In this document: in pieces, positions 60,680 through 64,000 of the stretch
Numbering within the stretch: the first letter of the stretch is position 1
How the letters are laid out: each line of letters starts with the position of its first letter
Source of the DNA: Candidatus Tenderia electrophaga
GTDB taxonomy: Bacteria; Pseudomonadota; Gammaproteobacteria; Tenderiales; Tenderiaceae
Length of the DNA stretch: 64,000 nt
Reading direction: 5' to 3'
Assembly: GCA_001447805.1 (NCBI GenBank)
Contig: CP013099.1
Coordinates: 3,395,181 to 3,459,180 of the forward strand
Program-made: the position numbers and the translations under genes
The notes under the pieces: generated by a model
The model's database searches: none
What the model was told of the DNA's origin: nothing
The model's input: only the letters and a program-made list of their open reading frames with translations

Positions 60680-61653
60680 CACTTCAGCTCGGTGAGTACC
60701 TGTGCGGCGAGTTGCTCACTGTAGGCATTGACCTTCCAGTGGTCCGGGGCCCAGCCGAGCAGGAAGCGATGAAAGTCTGTCCAGGCATAGGGGAAGAGGC
60801 TGCGCCATTCTTGTTCCAGTGCCGAAAAATCCGGCGCGCGATCGAGCTGTTTGCAGGCGCCTTGCAGTTGGGCGAAATAATAATCCAGCAATCTGTCTTG
60901 GTGCCGTGCGCACTCGGCCGCGCTCAGGCAGCTGCCGAGAAAATAGGCCACATCCTTCATGCCGCAGCCGCCGCCCACGTATTGAAAATCCACCGCCGCC
61001 ACGGCGCCGCCGTCGGGCGCGAAACAGAAGTTGGCCACTTTGGCGTCGCCGTGCAGCAGGGTTTGAAACTGGCATTGATTCAAGCGTGCATCAATCAATT
61101 CGGCCGCCTGTTTCAACTCACCGTCGGCCATGGCGGCCCATTCATCGGGGCGGGTGGCCAGATGCCAATAGGTCCCCACCGGCCACAGATCACTGGGCGT
61201 CTCACCTAGAAAGCGGGCATGGAAGCTGGCCAGCCATTTCAGGCAGACCTGGACCTCATGTAGGGTCAGGTGGGACTTGCGCAGGGGAAACCCCGCCGCG
61301 TCCAGATCTTCCAAGACAATGATATGTTCACCCGCACCGGCGCTGGCGGCGAAACAGCGGGCCACGCGGCAGTCGGCATGGCAACGTTCAGCCCAGTCGC
61401 GATACCAGTGCATTTCCACCTTGTAAGAATGCAGCTTGCGCGCGTGTGAGCGCTTGCTGTTCCAGCCGCGCGGGTGTCTGATGGCGTCCGGCACGACAAT
61501 GTGTTTCAAAATCACCGAGCCGATCGCGGCCCCGGCAAGCGTCAGCCTGAGGATTTCGCCATAGCCGCTCCACAAGGTTTGGATACGGTCTTGGGAGGTA
61601 ATGGCTTCGGCACCGCTGGCCGTTAAGACCAGGTCCTGGACATGCGGGTTCAT
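60676..61653 (-). CDS. Phosphotransferase-family protein (APH/CHK/ecdysteroid-kinase-like, DUF1679-type)
   Basis: Kinase-like Brenner motif ([13 protein letters not shown]) and D..G region ([14 protein letters not shown]). Confidence 0.6.
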   Translation of the reverse strand: MNPHVQDLVLTASGAEAITSQDRIQTLWSGYGEILRLTLAGAAIGSVILKHIVVPDAIRHPRGWNSKRSHARKLHSYKVEMHWYRDWAERCHADCRVARCFAASAGAGEHIIVLEDLDAAGFPLRKSHLTLHEVQVCLKWLASFHARFLGETPSDLWPVGTYWHLATRPDEWAAMADGELKQAAELIDARLNQCQFQTLLHGDAKVANFCFAPDGGAVAAVDFQYVGGGCGMKDVAYFLGSCLSAAECARHQDRLLDYYFAQLQGACKQLDRAPDFSALEQEWRSLFPYAWTDFHRFLLGWAPDHWKVNAYSEQLAAQVLTELKC

Positions 61654-61693
61654 GCGGGTGATTTATGGGGTTCTGAATTCAAAGCGCTTACGC

Positions 61694-62800
61694 TTAGTCA
61701 GGGGTCAGGCGCACCAGTTTGCCGTCGTCCGCATCGGTGAGTAGATACAGATAGCCGTCGGGGCCGGTTTGCACGTCACGGATACGGCCCAGCGTGCCTT
61801 TTAGCAAGCGCTCTTCCTTGAGCACCTTGCGGCCGTCCAGTGGCAAACGCACCAACAACTCGAACTTGAGAGCGCCGATGAACAGATCGCCCTGCCACTT
61901 GGGAAATTTGTCGCCGCTGTAGAAGTCCATGCCGGACGGGGCGATGGATGGGTCCCAGTAATAGAGCGGCTGTTCCATACCTTGCTTGTGTGTGCCTTCA
62001 CCGATCTTGGTGCCGGTGACGTAATTGACGCCGTAGGTGATCACCGGCCAGCCGTAGTTGACACCCTTCTTGATCAGGTTCAGTTCGTCGCCGCCCTGGG
62101 GGCCGTGTTCATGCTCCCATACCGCGCCGGTATGCGGGTGCAGGGTCAGGCCCTGGGCGTTGCGATGACCGTAGCTGTAGATTTCGGGCTTGGCGTCCTG
62201 GCGCCCGACAAAGGGGTTGTCCTCGGGCACGCGGCCGTCGTCGTGCAGACGGATGATGGAGCCCGCATGGTCGTCCAGTTGTTGCGCCCGCTCCCGCTCG
62301 CCGCGGTCACCGAGACTGATATACAAATAGTTGTCCTTGTCGATCACCAGACGCGAGCCGAAGTGGCGTCCACCGTTGCTCTTGGGCTGCATGCGGAACA
62401 GCACCTGAACGTCTTGGAGTTCCATGCCCTCCAGCTTCGCCCGCGCCACTTCGGTGCCGATACCGCCGTCGCCGGCGGCCACATAGGAGAAATACAGCCA
62501 GCCGTTGCGGGCGTAATCCGGGTGCAGAATGATGTCCAATAGACCGCCCTGACCCACGGCGGTGATTTCAGGCAGACCCTTGATGGGGGTTGGCTTGAGG
62601 CGGCCGTTTTCGATCACACGCAGGCGCCCGGGTCGTTCCGTCACCAGGATGCGGCCGTCGGGCATAAAGGCCATGCTCCAGGGGTGTTCCAGTCCGGAGA
62701 CCACGGTTTGGGGGGTGACGGATTCAGCGGCGCTTGCCGGCAGCGCCGTCAGCAGGCCGATGAAGGCGAAACAGGTCAGCTGTTGTGTCAATCGATTCAT
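61694..62800 (-). CDS. PQQ-dependent soluble aldose sugar dehydrogenase (YliI/Asd-like beta-propeller)
   Basis: Signal peptide. Conserved blocks (GLEHPWSMAFMPDGRILVTER, HFGSRLV, YSYGHRNAQGL, GDELNLIKKGVNYGWP). Confidence 0.8.
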   Translation of the reverse strand: MNRLTQQLTCFAFIGLLTALPASAAESVTPQTVVSGLEHPWSMAFMPDGRILVTERPGRLRVIENGRLKPTPIKGLPEITAVGQGGLLDIILHPDYARNGWLYFSYVAAGDGGIGTEVARAKLEGMELQDVQVLFRMQPKSNGGRHFGSRLVIDKDNYLYISLGDRGERERAQQLDDHAGSIIRLHDDGRVPEDNPFVGRQDAKPEIYSYGHRNAQGLTLHPHTGAVWEHEHGPQGGDELNLIKKGVNYGWPVITYGVNYVTGTKIGEGTHKQGMEQPLYYWDPSIAPSGMDFYSGDKFPKWQGDLFIGALKFELLVRLPLDGRKVLKEERLLKGTLGRIRDVQTGPDGYLYLLTDADDGKLVRLTPD

Positions 62801-62888
62801 GGGAATTGCGGGTAAGTTGGCTTGAACGGTAAGGCAAAGTGTAGACTAATCTTTATCACACTGCAGCGCGCGCCGATCCCGTTCAAGC

Positions 62889-63563
62889 ATGCCACCCCGT
62901 CCTACCAAAAAGATTCTCGCCCTGCACGGTTATGCCATGAACCGCGATGGCTTGCGCGCATGGCTGCCGCCCTTGGAAACCGCGCTGCAAGACGGGGCGG
63001 AATTCGTCTATCCTCAGGCCGCCATCGAGGTCCCCGCGGCCGAGGTGCGCGCCATGCTCGACCGTTATCAAATGTCGCTGCCCGAGACCAAGATCGGCGC
63101 CGGGCAGAACTGGTGCTGGTATCGCGCCACGGACGAGAAACCGCCGCGCTATAGCGGATTGGCAGAAAGTTTGGATCAACTGCAGCGGTTCTGTGACAGT
63201 CGAGGCCCCTTCGACGGCGTGCTGGGTTGGAGTCAGGGCGCTGCGATGGCGGCCATGCTGGCGGCGGCGCAGCAGAACGGGGGCGGCTACGATTTCGGGC
63301 TGCGCTGGCTGGTGCTGTGTGGCGGTTTCATGCCCGGCGCGGCGCTGGTTAAACCTTGGTTCGAGACGCCTTTGGCCTTTCCCAGTCTCCATGTCGTAGG
63401 GAAAAAGGAATCGGAATTCATGCGCCGGCGCGCCGTGCAGCTGCGCCATGCCTTTGTCGACAGTGCGTGGCTGGAGACGCCGCTGGGTCACAGGATGCCG
63501 GTCAATCTACCGCGATATATGCAACGGATCGCCGCCTGGATGGCGCTTCAGCTCAAGGAATAG
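62889..63563 (+). CDS. FSH1-family serine hydrolase (DUF341/esterase)
   Basis: ILALHGY N-terminus. GWSQGAAMAA nucleophile elbow. C-terminal His. Confidence 0.65.
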   Translation: MPPRPTKKILALHGYAMNRDGLRAWLPPLETALQDGAEFVYPQAAIEVPAAEVRAMLDRYQMSLPETKIGAGQNWCWYRATDEKPPRYSGLAESLDQLQRFCDSRGPFDGVLGWSQGAAMAAMLAAAQQNGGGYDFGLRWLVLCGGFMPGAALVKPWFETPLAFPSLHVVGKKESEFMRRRAVQLRHAFVDSAWLETPLGHRMPVNLPRYMQRIAAWMALQLKE

Positions 63564-64000
63564 CCGTCCATATCATCCGCATCCACGCCGCCGTCCTTGC
63601 TCAGGCGGATGCGCAGACTGAGGTCGTTGCGCGAGTCGGCATGATTGAGCGCCTCGTCCACCGTGACCTTGCCGGCCTCATAGAGTTGGTACAGGGCCTG
63701 GTCGAAGGTCTGCATGCCGATGTTCGCGCCTTGCTCGACGGCGCTCATGATGTCGTTGATCTTGCCCTTTTGGATGAGGTCGGCGATATGGGGCGTATTG
63801 AGCATCACCTCCACCGCCGGCAGGCGTTTCCTGTCCACGCCCGCCACCAGACGCTGGGACACAATGGCGCGCAGGTTCAGGGACAAATCCATATAGAGTT
63901 GGCGCTGGGCGTTTTCGGGGAAAAAGTTGATGATGCGTTCCAGGGTCTGCGTGGCGTTGGTGGCGTGCAGGGTGGACAGGCACAGATGGCCCGTGTCGGC
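63548..64000 (-). CDS. Type IV pilus retraction ATPase PilT/PilU family, C-terminal 150 aa (5' end outside window)
   Basis: The frame is open to the window edge (ADTGHLCLSTLHATNATQTLERIINFFP...AIVSQRL...). This is the conserved PilT/PilU C-terminal block. Confidence 0.8.
   Translation of the reverse strand, partial: ADTGHLCLSTLHATNATQTLERIINFFPENAQRQLYMDLSLNLRAIVSQRLVAGVDRKRLPAVEVMLNTPHIADLIQKGKINDIMSAVEQGANIGMQTFDQALYQLYEAGKVTVDEALNHADSRNDLSLRIRLSKDGGVDADDMDGYSLS

Overview
This is a high-GC (about 65% by eye) chromosomal segment from a gammaproteobacterium-like genome. Coding density is very high and almost entirely on two strands. I could not recognise any rRNA, tRNA, CRISPR array, integrase or transposase by eye. 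Recognisable content: the 3' part of speA; an arginase plus ornithine aminotransferase pair; sdaA; phhB; a complete fatty-acid beta-oxidation operon (YiiX-like, fadE, fadI, fadJ, acyl-CoA ligase, thioesterase) that runs without gaps into a TPR-sulfotransferase and a lipoprotein; cmoA and cmoB; tatD; msrB; and a doxX-yqjG-CDGSH-pirin quinone/electrophile stress module with a divergent LysR regulator. The window is rich in c-di-GMP and motility signalling. It holds two GGDEF cyclases, one of them split by a frameshift that falls exactly on a G7 homopolymer. It also holds two HDOD proteins (one fused to a YbaK-like deacylase domain), a stand-alone PilZ protein, and two separate MotA/MotB-type stator pairs. 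There are several sulfur-trafficking genes: a persulfide dioxygenase-rhodanese fusion translationally coupled to a CWC cysteine-rich protein, a rhodanese-MoeB fusion beside an FGE-family protein, and a CDGSH protein. A two-component system sits upstream of two adjacent methyltransferases (ICMT/MddA-like and ArsM-like). A small AT-rich islet carries an outer-membrane beta-barrel gene. There are also several lipoproteins of unknown function, an ankyrin lipoprotein, an acidic tandem-repeat protein next to a PA0069-family radical SAM gene, and the 3' end of a pilT/pilU gene at the window edge. The most concrete anomaly I can see is the candidate phase-variable or mis-sequenced diguanylate cyclase. 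The rest of the hunt list consists of unusual gene couplings and fusions that need database and experimental follow-up.
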